Shown piece by piece: positions 10,805 to 22,900 of a stretch of DNA of 64,000 bases; within the stretch, counting starts at the first letter, position 1; the number at the start of each line of letters is the position of its first letter. Source of the DNA: Porphyridium purpureum (lineage: Eukaryota); contig VRMN01000001.1 in NCBI GenBank assembly GCA_008690995.1, forward strand, positions 1,178,001 through 1,242,000. The letters run 5' to 3'. Both the position numbers and the translations under genes were made by a program. Under the pieces are notes generated by a model. It was not told the DNA's origin. It worked only from the letters and a program-made list of their open reading frames with translations, and did not search any database.

Positions 10805-11692
10805 ATGGGCAAAGGCGGGACCAAAGGAAGCGGCGACGATGAGCCCGACTGCACGGCAGAATGGAAGCCGCTGTGGGATGGCGTGCGCAGGCCCATCAAA
10901 GGACGCCGCGTGAACGAGACGGCGCGAGCGTACGTGGAGTACCGCGAGGTCCCAGCCAAGCCGAGTGATACCAAGCCGCGTTTCGAGATTCGCTGCACAC
11001 AGTGCCATGGCCGCTCCAAGGGAGGCCGCCGCGTGCTGAAGAATAACTCGATTGAGGACGCGTTCAACGTGACGACCTGGACAGCGCACTTTGTAGAAAG
11101 CTGCGACTACATCTCGCCAGAGATCAAGGGCTCGCTTACGGCAGTGAGCAAGTCGAAGAAGCTCAAACGGTCAGACGGCACAGCGGCACTCACGTCTGGA
11201 GGCATGTCGCACGCGCCGGAAGGCTCGTTTGTGCGCGTCTCGGCGCTCAACCCGCAAGAGGCCGAGGAGGAAAAAGTACTTCTCCGATTCCGCGAACTGT
11301 GTGAGAAGAACGCGGCGGTGGCCGAATCGGAAGGGTATCGCAAGGACCAGCTAAAGAAGAACAGTGCTGTCATATTTCTCGCGAATTGCTTGAAATTGCG
11401 TATCCCTGCCATCAAGACCATTGTTGATGAGGTCGACGAGCTGGACCATTCCGGGCTTATCGATGAGGAGAAGTGTATTTACATTGTCCACCAGCTCCTG
11501 TCGGGCGGCCCCGCTCCTGTGCCTGATGGCGCAGATCCCGCTGGCGAGCATGCGGCAGAGGCTGAGGCCGATGCCGCCGAACCGTCTGCGGACATGGCTG
11601 AAGGAGGCGGGCACATGGTTGCTGAGCCTGCGACGCATGAGAACGAAACTGGGGTCGAGCAGCCTTCCGAGGCCGCGCATGTTGAAAGCTAG
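10805..11692 (+). CDS. Protein with BED-like zinc finger (CxxC...HxxxxC) and acidic tail
   Basis: 295-aa ORF containing IRCTQCH...WTAHFVESC, with good codon bias. Confidence 0.7.
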   Translation: MGKGGTKGSGDDEPDCTAEWKPLWDGVRRPIKGRRVNETARAYVEYREVPAKPSDTKPRFEIRCTQCHGRSKGGRRVLKNNSIEDAFNVTTWTAHFVESCDYISPEIKGSLTAVSKSKKLKRSDGTAALTSGGMSHAPEGSFVRVSALNPQEAEEEKVLLRFRELCEKNAAVAESEGYRKDQLKKNSAVIFLANCLKLRIPAIKTIVDEVDELDHSGLIDEEKCIYIVHQLLSGGPAPVPDGADPAGEHAAEAEADAAEPSADMAEGGGHMVAEPATHENETGVEQPSEAAHVES

Positions 11693-12072
11693 GTCAAGTG
11701 TGGAAATACAGTGGGCCACAGGAGAACGGTGGCACGCAGTCGTCTGCATGGGCTGAGGAGCCCGCTCCCAAAGGAAAGCGAGAGCGAAAGCGAACGCGCG
11801 CGCTTTTCTCCTACCCGGGGCTAATGTACTTCACTGTACTTTCAGAAATAGAAAGTCCTATGCGAATCCTGCAGTCACGTGGGCCGATTGCTCCATCTTA
11901 TGTAAAAGAACACTGTTTTACTATGATCAACTCCGAGAGTCACTGGATAAGATGCCAAGTTACCCGGAACGCGTGAATGAACGAGTGACGAAGGGAAGAG
12001 GGCGACGTTTGCAGACGGAACAGGCCAGAAGGGTGGGAACGTGTGAGGGGGAAGCACGATCAAGCGTTGACC

Positions 12073-13119
12073 ATGGCGGTGCAGAACGAGATGGAGGAGT
12101 ACATTGAGGAGGAAGAGGAGGAGACTGCCGAGGCAGTTGAAATGGACTGTGCCGGGTCCGTCGCGCAGCCCGTGGCTCTGCTGGCCTCCAAGGGCGTCTC
12201 GGCCACCGACGTCAAAAAACTACAGGAAGGCGGGTACCACACCGTCGAATCTGTGGCGTATGCGACGAAAAAGTCGCTCCTCGCAGTCAAAGGCATTTCC
12301 GAGGCCAAGGCAGACAAGCTCTTGGCTGAGGCCGCCAAGCTGGTGCACTTGGGCTTTGTGACGGCAAACGAATTCCATCTTCAGAGGCAGGATCTCATGC
12401 ACTTGACGACGGGCTCGGAGGAACTCGACAAGCTGCTCGCCGGAGGAATCGAGACTGGCTCCATCACCGAAATGTTTGGTGAGTTCCGCACGGGAAAAAC
12501 ACAGCTGTGCCACACGCTCTGCGTCACGTGCCAAATGGGCGTCGACCAAGGTGGTGCAGAAGGCAAAGCCATGTATATCGATTCAGAGGGAACGTTCCGG
12601 CCAGAAAGGCTTGTTTCAATCGCGGAGCGATTTGATTTGGACCCGCAAGCCGTACTCGACAACGTGGCCTACGCGCGAGCGCATAACAGCGACCACCAGC
12701 TTGCCCTACTAAATTTGGCATGCGCCATGATGGCAGAGAGTAGGTACGCACTGTTAGTTGTCGACAGTGCGACGGCGCTGTACCGGACCGATTATTCCGG
12801 CCGCGGTGAGCTCGCCGCAAGGCAGCAACACCTTGCCAAATTCTTGCGATATCTGCAGCGTATTGCAGACGAGTTTGGGGTCGCCGTAGTGATCACTAAC
12901 CAGGTGGTCGCGCAGGTCGATGGCGGTGCCATGTTTGCAGTAGACCCGAAGAAGCCAATCGGAGGAAACATCATCGCTCACGCAAGCCAGACTCGATTGT
13001 ACTTGCGCAAGGGCCGCGGAGAAAATCGCATCGTCAAGATTTATGACTCGCCGAGTCTCCCGGAAGGTGAGGCGAGCTTTGCAATCACGGAAGGTGGCGT
13101 CGCCAACTGTGAAGACTAA
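12073..13119 (+). CDS. RAD51: DNA recombinase RAD51
   Basis: [10 protein letters not shown], Walker [45 protein letters not shown]. Confidence 0.96.
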   Translation: MAVQNEMEEYIEEEEEETAEAVEMDCAGSVAQPVALLASKGVSATDVKKLQEGGYHTVESVAYATKKSLLAVKGISEAKADKLLAEAAKLVHLGFVTANEFHLQRQDLMHLTTGSEELDKLLAGGIETGSITEMFGEFRTGKTQLCHTLCVTCQMGVDQGGAEGKAMYIDSEGTFRPERLVSIAERFDLDPQAVLDNVAYARAHNSDHQLALLNLACAMMAESRYALLVVDSATALYRTDYSGRGELAARQQHLAKFLRYLQRIADEFGVAVVITNQVVAQVDGGAMFAVDPKKPIGGNIIAHASQTRLYLRKGRGENRIVKIYDSPSLPEGEASFAITEGGVANCED

Positions 13120-13240
13120 GGAAGATGAAGAGCGTCATGCACGCGGGCGAAAGGCTCGTCAACTAGTCATGGAGCTGTGCTTGAAAGAATGGAAAGCACG
13201 ATGAGAAAATTGAAAATTGTCCTGGTCTATAGTTTGTCCT

Positions 13241-14065
13241 TTAGCACGCACAACTGGATTCTTCGTTGGATTCACCCTTGACTGCAATATTGTCAACCGG
13301 GCGGCCAACTGTGTCGAGCAACTCAGGTACCTCGAGAATTTTTCTGACGAGCTCTTCAAACGCGTACTGGACTCCCTCGGAGTTCTTCGCAGATGACTCG
13401 CAGAACAAGCTCGCCGCGAGCCGAGCAAAGCGTTCACCTTCTTCACGACTTACTTGTCGGTCGGCCTCCTGGTCGAGCTTATTTCCCACAATCATACGCA
13501 CAAACTGCGAGCGCGTGGTGTACTGGTTCGTTTCTCGCAGCCAAACCTGGAGATTTTCAAAACTTTCTCGCTTGGTCACGTCGTAGACCAAGATTACGCC
13601 ATGCGCGCCGCGATAATACGCAGTCGTCATCGTGCGAAACCGCTCTTGACCAGCAGTGTCCCATACCGTCATTTTGACTTCAGCATCGCGAAAGTTCATC
13701 GCAGCGAGAAAAGAGCACCGTGACAGTGCGTTCGGAGGAGACATTATCGTTCAAACCAGCGGTCAGATCCTGTTCCTCACACGTTTCGCGAGTGGTAATT
13801 TCAGACTTTGCCGTAACTTTTTTTAAAACCAAAAGCTGCTGAACAAGTACTTACCTTTCCTGGAATCGATCACGCGGTTGCAGACCTTGAAGTCGACACC
13901 TATTGTGGGGAGCAACTCTTCAAAGCCCCCATCTGCGAAGCGCAGTAGCAGCGAACTTTTTCCCACTCCACTATCCCCAATCAACAGGAGCTTGAAGGAA
14001 TAGTCAGCAGTCTGTGCACCCATCGCCGCCCCGCCTGCCGCCGCTGCCGAGGTCACCACCGCCAT
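13241..14065 (-). CDS. RAB18: Rab18-family small GTPase, two exons (14065-13855, 13677-13241), 215 aa
   Basis: GDSGVGKS and PTIGVDFK in exon 1; [20 protein letters not shown] and C-terminal CAC in exon 2. Splicing restores ..[17 protein letters not shown] in frame. Confidence 0.9.
13678..13854 (-). other. Spliceosomal intron (177 nt) in Rab18
   Basis: Donor G|GTAAGT, candidate branch TCTGAC (A at 13763), acceptor GAAG|. The frame is restored. Confidence 0.85.
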
Positions 14066-14243
14066 CGTGTTCTCTGCGTGTTCGCACTCGGAAATCCAGC
14101 TTGTCTCGCCAGTGGTGCGTTCCCGTCCAATATTAACGCGATCTGATTTGTTATGAGAAGTGGACAGACAATGAAGTAGCCAAGTTTCGCGTGGCCACGA
14201 GAAACGAATCGCGCCGACCGATGTTGAACTAGACGGTGGGACT

Positions 14244-14936
14244 ATGGAGGGGAAAGAGGCAGCAGCTGCGACGGAGCGCGGAGAAGACGACAAAGTCATG
14301 CGCAATGGCGGCAATGGTGAGCGTGCAGCGGAGGAAGAAGACGAGGAGGCACCTGAAGTTACAATCGCAATGGATGAAATCAACGCGGCACTAAACGCTC
14401 AGGGCGCAGGAAGTACTGACGGTGCGGTCGACAAGTCAGCGGCAGTTGAAAAGGAGGACGCAGGTATGAGCAAGGGGATGGATGCCGAGGAAGACGACAA
14501 TTTAGGGAAGCGTGTCAAAATTGTGCATCCAAGAGACGATGAACCGGAAGCAGGGGGCGCGCCCAAGAGGATAAGATTATCGGATGGTGATGTCGTTTCC
14601 GGCGACGACCGTCCTAAGTTGAGTTTAGCCCCCGCCATTGATTCGAGTGAGCTTCTCGATGAAAATGGATTTTTAGACGAATTGCACTGGGTGGAACAAT
14701 TGGCAGATGTACTTGAATGCCTTGAAGAACGGGGTGAGGAATCGACTGTTCGAGAGAAATCAATTATTTTGCGCCAGCGCATACAGCAAACCTACGCATT
14801 CCTGAGAGCACTACCTGGCGCTGGCCTTTCGAGATCAGAGCAGGTCGCAAGGATATCAAGTCTAGTCGCTGAAATTCGCAGAAAGAAGCTACTGCTCTCG
14901 GAATATGCTGCGTCGTGCGCAGTTCCTGAAGACTGA
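14244..14936 (+). CDS. MED9: Mediator subunit MED9-like protein with acidic disordered N-terminus
   Basis: The C-terminal [43 protein letters not shown] fits the Med9 coiled-coil pattern as I recall it. Confidence 0.6.
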   Translation: MEGKEAAAATERGEDDKVMRNGGNGERAAEEEDEEAPEVTIAMDEINAALNAQGAGSTDGAVDKSAAVEKEDAGMSKGMDAEEDDNLGKRVKIVHPRDDEPEAGGAPKRIRLSDGDVVSGDDRPKLSLAPAIDSSELLDENGFLDELHWVEQLADVLECLEERGEESTVREKSIILRQRIQQTYAFLRALPGAGLSRSEQVARISSLVAEIRRKKLLLSEYAASCAVPED

Positions 14937-15513
14937 CCTTGCCATGATAAATCAAGATAGATCTGGAAGTGAGATTTGAACAAGACGACAGGTTGTCAAT
15001 TTTTGTTTGAAACGACTGGGCATTGGTGATTTTACTGGTTTAGGGCGCTCTGATTACATAATCTCGCTCGTAAGCAATGGGAACCTATGATTCACACGAT
15101 GTTGCGTATGGATACGCGAGGGCACAAGTCCAAAGTCTTGTTGAACACGACCTGGATGCGTACTTCTCGTTGTACATCTTCACTAGGTACGCGTAGCTCG
15201 AATATGGGTTCATTTCCCTTGCAGGCTTTTTCTTTTGTCGTAAAGTGTCGATCTCGCAGGGTCATGGCTGAAACATGGCTGGGCGTCCGTCCTGGATGTT
15301 TGCTTCTTGCTCGCGATCTGTCTCTCGTCACATGGATCTGCGCCACGCGCTCGGAGCGCTCCACTACTGGGCCACTGTACTTACTGAACCTGCTCAGTCC
15401 TCCAAGAGAAGAAGTAAATTTACACGAGGTTTTTCGTGTGTGGCTAAGCGGTCGGCCGTGCCGCAGGTGGGACTGGAGTGCGGCGCGAGGAAGAGTGGGA
15501 GCATCCCGCGAGT

Positions 15514-15876
15514 ATGCCAAAGCGCCTGTATGTGCGGCGGCTGCCGGAAGGCGCCAAGCACTTGATCCTGCACATGACGAACAGGCATATTCGCGGTGCC
15601 ATAGTGGACAAGATGGCGAGCACGACGGACGCACTGATAAGTACGGAGTCCGAAGCGCTTCGCCGGCGGTTGTACAACAATGAGATGACGTCGGCTAATT
15701 TAGGCTCCTACAAGACCGCCACCACCGAGGCCGCGCGGCTCGTGGGGGAAGCAATCGGCGAGCGTGCAGTTGAGAAGGGCATTACGACGCTCTATTTTGA
15801 ACGCAAGTATTCCATTGTTGGGAAGGCCAAGGCGTTCTTGGACGCAGTAATCAGTAAAGGAATCAAGGTGCTGTGA
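15514..15876 (+). CDS. Organellar (probably mitochondrial) ribosomal protein uL18
   Basis: LILHMTNRHIRGAIVD...STE...EAARLVGEAIGERAVEKGI..LYFER....GKAKAFLDAV..KGI. Confidence 0.85.
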   Translation: MPKRLYVRRLPEGAKHLILHMTNRHIRGAIVDKMASTTDALISTESEALRRRLYNNEMTSANLGSYKTATTEAARLVGEAIGERAVEKGITTLYFERKYSIVGKAKAFLDAVISKGIKVL

Positions 15877-15972
15877 TCAGCCTTGATTTCTGAGCACTCA
15901 TTCTTCCATCTCTCTACGATTACGCTACGTTGGGCGGGATTGTCAGCTCTCGCCCATCACGCTCGAGCACAA

Positions 15973-17085
15973 TCACATCCGAAGCGCCGCGACGAGGTCG
16001 AGTTCACAACCTGGCGCCACGCGGTGCAGTCGCACATTGCGGGCGCTCGTTTTGGCCTCAAACTCTTGAATTTCGCCGCGAGACATAATAAACTGGTCCA
16101 ACCAACCGGACGACTTGTATGGGTCGTTTTCCAGCGGAATGAAGAGACGAGGACGTACCACTTGCACAATTTCAAGCGCACTGTCTCCACCTTTTACCAA
16201 GGGATAGTCGCCCAAAGCTGGGATGGAGGCGCGCTTCACGGGAAGCACGACTACATCACACTTCAACGCTGCCCATGCCGCCCGGAACTCGTCGAGTGGC
16301 ACATCCGCATGTGGTTCGTAGAATACGCGGACGCCGGCATCTTTGAAGTCCATAAGATACGCATTCTGACGCTTCGACCATGGTGGACCTACCAGTGCTC
16401 CCGGGAACGCCGTGATTGTCAGTTTGCCGTCCAAGACGCTGACAGTGTCTGCGTGCTCAATCTCTGTGACAGATTTGTACCCAAGTGCCCTGCACAATGC
16501 TGCAGCTTGAGGCTGCGCATACACTGGAATGTTCTTGTCCAACTTTTTCAGCGTGGGAGGGTGCGCATGGTCTGGAAGACCCTGGCTGAGTACGATAGCG
16601 TCAAAATGCTCCACGTCGACGGGAGGCTTTTTCCCACTTTCGCTCTGAACGATCCACTTTTTCTCAGCCTCGTAAAATCCCTTGTTTTCTCCAAACGTGA
16701 GCGTGCCCACCAGCCATGGGTCCACAACCACGCGCTTTCCGTCCGCAGTACGAAAGACAAAAGTGTTACTTTCCAGTGGCATAAATTGCACGGAGCTCGA
16801 AGCAACGGTCCCTGAAACACTATCTCCGGAGGCTGCCGAAGCAGGTGATTCACCAGACACTGACATCAACACACCCCGCAGATTACGGCAACGCTTTTCA
16901 ACCTTACTGAGTTTCTTTCCACCATCTGCACGCCCAACCAGCTGGGACCAACCGGAGCCATTGTGCCGACGACGGCTTGTGGCGCAAACACGAGACCCGT
17001 TCACCGCTGCACTCACCGCCGGCCTCGCTTCTGCAGTAGGCGCCAAGCCACACCAGGCCCCAAGAGTAAAGCCGGCAAGCGTCAT
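15973..17085 (-). CDS. Plastid-targeted metallo-beta-lactamase-fold protein (cyanobacterial/plant type)
   Basis: VVVDPWLVGTLTFG, IVLSQGLPDHAHPPTL, GALVGPPW..RQNAY, FYEPH. Probable start MTLAGF. Confidence 0.85.
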   Translation of the reverse strand: MTLAGFTLGAWCGLAPTAEARPAVSAAVNGSRVCATSRRRHNGSGWSQLVGRADGGKKLSKVEKRCRNLRGVLMSVSGESPASAASGDSVSGTVASSSVQFMPLESNTFVFRTADGKRVVVDPWLVGTLTFGENKGFYEAEKKWIVQSESGKKPPVDVEHFDAIVLSQGLPDHAHPPTLKKLDKNIPVYAQPQAAALCRALGYKSVTEIEHADTVSVLDGKLTITAFPGALVGPPWSKRQNAYLMDFKDAGVRVFYEPHADVPLDEFRAAWAALKCDVVVLPVKRASIPALGDYPLVKGGDSALEIVQVVRPRLFIPLENDPYKSSGWLDQFIMSRGEIQEFEAKTSARNVRLHRVAPGCELDLVAALRM

Positions 17086-17289
17086 GCTGACATTCCCGGG
17101 AGCTGACTCACAAACACGCTCACACTGTGTCTCGCGCTCCAGTCCGTTGAGTATTCCAGCTTGTCGCGCCTGTGCCTCGACACTTTCCATCATGAAGTTG
17201 ACGTCGGAGTCTCGATGAGAGGTTGTGGTGGTTGGACGCGACGATTTGGTGGCTGCGGTGAGAGTATGTGAGCGTCTCCAAGGAGCATT

Positions 17290-18507
17290 ATGGTACACGT
17301 GCTGTATCGGTTGTTGGACATGGCGGTGGACGTGGCGGCGCGTCGCGTGACAGCGCCCGCGCGAGACGGATCTGAGGAGAATCTGCGAGTGGCTGCCTCG
17401 TTGCTGCATTGGGCGCTCCTGTGTACGTTTCGGCACGTGCGCAGCGTGGCGCATTCGTGTGGTGCGAGTGAAAGTGAGAGAAGCACGGCGCTATCCGTGC
17501 TTCATGCGGACGTTGATAGCGACACCAAGTGTGCAATCTTTCGGACATCTCAGTTGCAGGAACTGCTCGGGCTTGATGCTGCCGAACTCGGGCGTTTGAA
17601 TCCGCAAGGATCAGCGGACGCCTGCCTTCTGCTCTTCGAGACTGAGTATGCGGCCGAAAGTGACACCGCAATGGGCTTGTTGCTTGAGGCGGCCAGCAAT
17701 GCGGTGAGAGTGGGAGGTGTCGTTTTTGGATTGGTGATAGACGCAGCGCAAGTGTGGTCACTCGCGCAGAAACAGGTCGAGGTACGGGAGCTCCTCAAGG
17801 CCAAAAGGCGGCATCAGCGCAGAAAACAGATCGAGCAAGAAAGGAAAGAGCTGGGATTGACCGGCCTCGAACTTCCAGATGAGCTTTCTGACGAGCCAGA
17901 CTCGCGCGCATCATCGCATGCACTCAGCATTATGATTGACCGGCCCATATTCTCCATCAAGTTGCCGATGGGCGACGTGTTCGGCGCGTTTGGCAACATG
18001 TGCTCAGTGGCGATTCCGATGCTTGCTAACTCAACTTTATCGGCTGAAACGGACAGGGCGGAGAGCGAGCCCGACAGCAAGTCAGAGACGAGACCCGCGG
18101 GTATCGAATCATTATCAGAGGCTGCAAGCGCAGATGGCACTGGATCGGCCTCGCGCCCATCGTCGAAAACACATATTCCCTGGGGTGGTACGAAACAAAA
18201 AGTCCGGCTGAACGCGTCCGCAGCACGAGGTAGAGAGGTGGAAAGCGAGTTGTACTTATTGCACTGCGGATCCTTTCTCCGCATAGCGCATGAGCACCAT
18301 CTGCGAACGGTCGAGTTTGTCAATCTGCGCGAGTTTGTAGAAACACACCGCAAGACAGATGCCGAACTTTTGCATCGCGCGCTAGGCTCTGTACATGTGG
18401 ACTCCTCCGCAGCGATACCTGCAACCGGACTAGGGCGTAACTTGCCCGCCGATGCCATCGACTTGCTGGGCCTTTTTTCGCTCTTTACACTGATCAAACA
18501 AAGCTAA
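17290..18507 (+). CDS. Divergent mRNA cap guanine-N7 methyltransferase-like protein
   Basis: C-terminal RNMT-like motifs: EYAAES...LL..ASNAVRVGGVVFGLVIDA, FGN, ELYLLH..SFLRIAHEHHL..VEFVNLREF, LLGLFSLFTLIK. No clear SAM-binding motif I. Confidence 0.6.
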   Translation: MVHVLYRLLDMAVDVAARRVTAPARDGSEENLRVAASLLHWALLCTFRHVRSVAHSCGASESERSTALSVLHADVDSDTKCAIFRTSQLQELLGLDAAELGRLNPQGSADACLLLFETEYAAESDTAMGLLLEAASNAVRVGGVVFGLVIDAAQVWSLAQKQVEVRELLKAKRRHQRRKQIEQERKELGLTGLELPDELSDEPDSRASSHALSIMIDRPIFSIKLPMGDVFGAFGNMCSVAIPMLANSTLSAETDRAESEPDSKSETRPAGIESLSEAASADGTGSASRPSSKTHIPWGGTKQKVRLNASAARGREVESELYLLHCGSFLRIAHEHHLRTVEFVNLREFVETHRKTDAELLHRALGSVHVDSSAAIPATGLGRNLPADAIDLLGLFSLFTLIKQS

Positions 18508-19971
18508 CAAACGCGATAGGGTGAATGTTTCTTCTTCGCGTAAAACTCTGAATCAAACCTTTTGCTTGAGAGCGGCTCGTCACAAGAAAGAGAAACGACT
18601 CTGGAAGGAAAGGTCGGACCTTCTTCCAGGCCAGGAGAAGGCCTCGGACGCTGCTTCCGTCTAAGCCCCGTCAGGATGGCTCTTGGCGAGCACTCTGTCA
18701 ATAAGTCGGGTTGTGGCTACGTGAAGAAATGGTTTGACACGCAGATGGGTGGCAAAGCAGACAAGACATCAGTCGCAGGCAACTTGTCGAGAAGAGAGAA
18801 AGGCCAAAGCAAGGAAGCGAGAAGGGACCACACAGCTTGCACAAATGACCGTCAGAGTAAGCAAGGCAACGCGAGTCTCTCAGGCACCGCGCGTTGTTTC
18901 TCATGGGAATCAAGGACCTCCGTGACCTGTCAGCCCCAGCAGCAGTGCAACGCGCGCAAGAATGCATCCTTAGCTCGAGACAGAAGCCGCAGCTGGATTT
19001 TTATACCAGCCACATGAGGATGAGAGAGTCGCGGCGAGTCATCTGTGTGTCCCGCACGCTGTGGGACACCTTTCGGCGAAACGTTCAATGCGGCGTGTCC
19101 CACGCCGTTCCCCAGATTCCCTTTTCACTGCGTATGCCGTACTAGCACAGCAATGCTTGTTTGCTGCACATACGCGACGCCTAACTGGGGCAAGCGCTCA
19201 GTGAATTCGAACAGAAAAGGCAACGTGATGAGCCGCGTCTATTTTTAGACCTTTCCACGAGCGATTGCTCTGCTCAGTCAGGATGCACTTCCCGCTAAGC
19301 TCAACGAAGAAACCCCGTGGGAAGAGACACCACGGACGCAACGCCACCACTGTGACGCGTGTCCTATGGGACAAGTGCCGATGGCCCGCATCCGCCCATC
19401 GGAAGAAAGCGCGCGGGTGTAATGCTGTCAAGAGATCGAGCACGACTTGTGCGCACTGACGCGTGTGCTCATGCAGTGTGTGTGTGTTTGTGTGTCGCGC
19501 TCTGGTTCCTCCATGCGCTCTCTCCTCCGCCGGAAAACCGCCGCACGTCGCGTTTCGGCGCGTTTTACATATAAGATTTTTTAGTAAGGTGACAAGCGAC
19601 GGGGCTCGATACTCATCGAAAAACGAGCCATCGAATCTTTGGTCTATCGAGTTGCGTGTATTGGCGTCATCGCGTGAGCACAGAACGTTTTGGAGCAATT
19701 TCCATCAAGTGGAAGACACCTTTCGCAGCCGAGTAGGCTTTTTGACAGGAGGGGTAAAGGTGTGAAGAGCGGTGGGATGGGCGCCTGCCGGTGTGTGATG
19801 GTGAACGTGGTGGCTGGGAAAGCGGGGACAGAGGAAGTCGCGGAACCCGGGAAGTTAGATTTGGTAGGCGACGATTTGGCGTGGCCAAGCGCGTTGACAT
19901 TGCTCGCGGAGGGTGAGGAGGCAGCGGCGGTGTGAGGTGGTCTACCGGCGGAGCTTCGAACCGCGCCAGGC

Positions 19972-22900
19972 ATGGATGGAGCTACGGCGGGCGGTGCGTC
20001 GTCGGCTGGGCTGGTAGAGGCAGAAGCGTCTCCGTCAGGCGCACTGCACACGGGAGCGGACCAGGAAGGGCATCGCGATGAGCTGGAGCTCGGGGTTGGC
20101 GACGGTAGCAAGAGCACAAGGGCGAGCAGCTCGCTGGAGGTTGACGACGAAGCCAGCGGTGATGGCAAGGCCCCGCAGCGAAAGCGAATTCGATATGTCG
20201 ACTCAGTAGCCAAACACCCCGGGCGATGGTTGGCCTTGTGGATCTTGATTCCGGTGGCTGCGGCGATTGTGTTGGTGTTCACAAAGGCATTCTCGCTGGC
20301 CGACCAAACTACTTACGACTACTTAATTTGGAGCAATCTGGTCGTGCAGCAGGCTGTGTCCGTGGACGCTGCGCAAGAAACGGTCTATGCGGAGGCAGAC
20401 GTTAAGATTACTCCCCGTACCCAGGAGCGGCAATCGTGGAATGTTTACATCATGTTCAAGGCGCTGACCGAGGACGGCAACTTATTGCAGGCGGAGCGCC
20501 TGGCGTTTATCAAGTCGATTGAAGATGAGTTCCGGCTGACGTATGAGGGCTACTCGGATTTCTGTTGGCTCGACGAGGCGTTTTTAGACTGTCAAGGCGT
20601 GGTACCAACATGCAGCTTTCCAGAGACGATAAGCAGAAGTCAGGATCTGTATGGATTGTACACAGATACGGACCCCGAGGAGTTCTGTGCGATTACCCAA
20701 ACGTCGCCTGTGCCACCCAGAGCTAATGTGACCGCGCTTGTGGATAGCTTGATCCTCCCCAACGGACAGGTAAATTCAGAATACGCCTACTATCTTGGGA
20801 CAGGGTTCTCGAGCTCCAACTTGACCTCAGAGTATCTTCGCTCGGTGTTTCCGATGGGTGCACCCCTCGAAGGATACGATAATCAGGAAACTCAGAAGGA
20901 TAAGCAGAGGGATTCGTTCGAAGACTGGATTCAGGACGTTGTGACGTGGGCAGAAAGCAAGTCCACGGATGAGGTACAGATCTTGGTGTACAATCAGTCG
21001 TACTTGAATTATCTGTTCGGTGAGATGGCGAACAAGGCATTTTTCTGGGCCGTCGGGTCAATAGTTGCCGTGCTGTTTTTTGTCTGGTTCCATACAGCAT
21101 CGCTGTATCTTGCGATCATGACGATGTTACAAATTGTGCTGGCATTTCCGCTGACATACTTCATCTACTACTTTATTTTCCGCGTCAGTTACTTTTCGAG
21201 CATGCACATGCTGAGCATTTTTCTGATTCTTGGTATTGGTGCGGACGACGTGTTTGTGTTCATTGACGCTTTCCATCAGTCGCGCGTTGAGTTGGGAAAG
21301 GATGCGATCATCGAAGATCGACTTGATTGGGCGTGGCGCCGCGCGGCAAAGGCTATGCTGACGACATCCTGCACGACGGCGGCGGCCTTTTTCATTACTG
21401 CGCTGTCTTCCATCATGCCCATTTCAACCTTTGGCATTTGGGCCGGTGCATTGATCATCATCCAGTACATTTGGTGTATTCTTATGTTTCCGTGCAATGT
21501 GGTGATCTGGGAGCGGGTGTTTAGTGAGCGGCATTGGCGCTACTGCTTGCGCAAGACAGCAAAGGACGGGTCCAAGCCGAAGCCGATTCGCGTAGTTCCC
21601 GCAAGCGTGCAGTCGAAGCTTGACGGTTTTGTTCGGTCCCCGGACATGCACGCGAGCGAGTCAGAAACCTCGAACCAGGTTGAGCATGATGGAGAGCACG
21701 AGATGGGGGGAACGCTCGAGACGCAGAACGTCGATCATGTCATTTTGCAGCATGCTTCGGATGGTTCTCCTTCCGAAAGTGATTTATCGAGTGACTCTGC
21801 GGCAGTCGAAAAAGTCAAACATGCGCATGAGGATGAATACAGGTGGATTGAGCTGTTTTTCCGCAACCCTTTCAACAAGTACGTGTTCAAAATGCGATAT
21901 GTTAACGTGTTATGCGGAGCAGCATTGCTTGGCGTATGTATCTGGTTGGCGACGACGTTGCAACCTCTGCAGGAGGAAGAAGATTGGTTTCCAGAAAGTC
22001 ATCCCTCCAGAAAGTCGATCAACTGGATGAGCGACAATTTTTTCATTTCGGGCGCTGCCAACTCGTTTCTCAAGGTGAAGGCCGTGTACGGGATCGCGGG
22101 CCTGGATCGGTCGGGAGCGGACAGGTATGATCCAGAAGACATTGGGGAGCCAATCTGGGATACAGCTTTGGACCTGAAACCGGCCGTGAACCAGGAAGCG
22201 CTTGTAAGTGCCTGTCTACAGATTTCGTCAAACGAAGAGTTAGTATCTGCGAGTGTGCCTGGCGCGGTGGAGTGCTGGATCACTGAGTTCAAGGCGTACC
22301 GACAAGAAATATTTGGTCTGGATGATTTTGAAAATTATGCAAGCGAAGCGGCGCTCGTATCGGACCTGAAGGCATTTTTCAATTACACGACTGTGGATGG
22401 CTCGCAACCATACATCAAGTACATTGACAGCGAATCAGTTGGTATCGAAAATGATCAGCTGCTATACTTCTTTTTCTTGTTTCAGACCAACGAGAAGGTC
22501 GATCAGCCCTACTCACGCATGTGGCCGATCGTTCAGGCGTGGAACGCGACCATGACGGATGTGAATGAAGGCATGCCGCGCGGTGTAAACATGGCATACG
22601 CAACCGCTGGGAATGCGTGGGCGTGGGTTATTACTCAGGACGTCCTTGTGCAAAACATGTTCGAAGGCATCGGTCTAGCGATTGGAATTTCGTTCTTCGC
22701 ACTTGTCGTTTCGACGCTGAACGTTTGGATTGCAGTCCTTGCCACGATTTGTGTCGGTTCCGTGGTGACTTGCGTTTTGGGCAGCCTTGCTGTAGCAGGA
22801 GTGCAGCTAGGTGTCGTTGAAACCGTAGCTGCTGTCATTGTGGTGGGATTCTCCATTGACTATATAGTGCACATTTCGCATGCGTACGTGGAAAGCTTTC

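Noticed and set aside
12073..13119. Possible meiotic DMC1
   Set aside because: [16 protein letters not shown] and GGNIIAHAS are RAD51-type residues.
2300..14065. Functional cluster of the Rab-GAP and Rab18
   Set aside because: Unrelated genes lie between them, and the GAP looks Gyp7/Rab7-type. Proximity is probably chance.
15087..15683. ORFs upstream of and overlapping uL18 on both strands
   Set aside because: No motifs, and the uL18 frame explains the coding signal from 15514.
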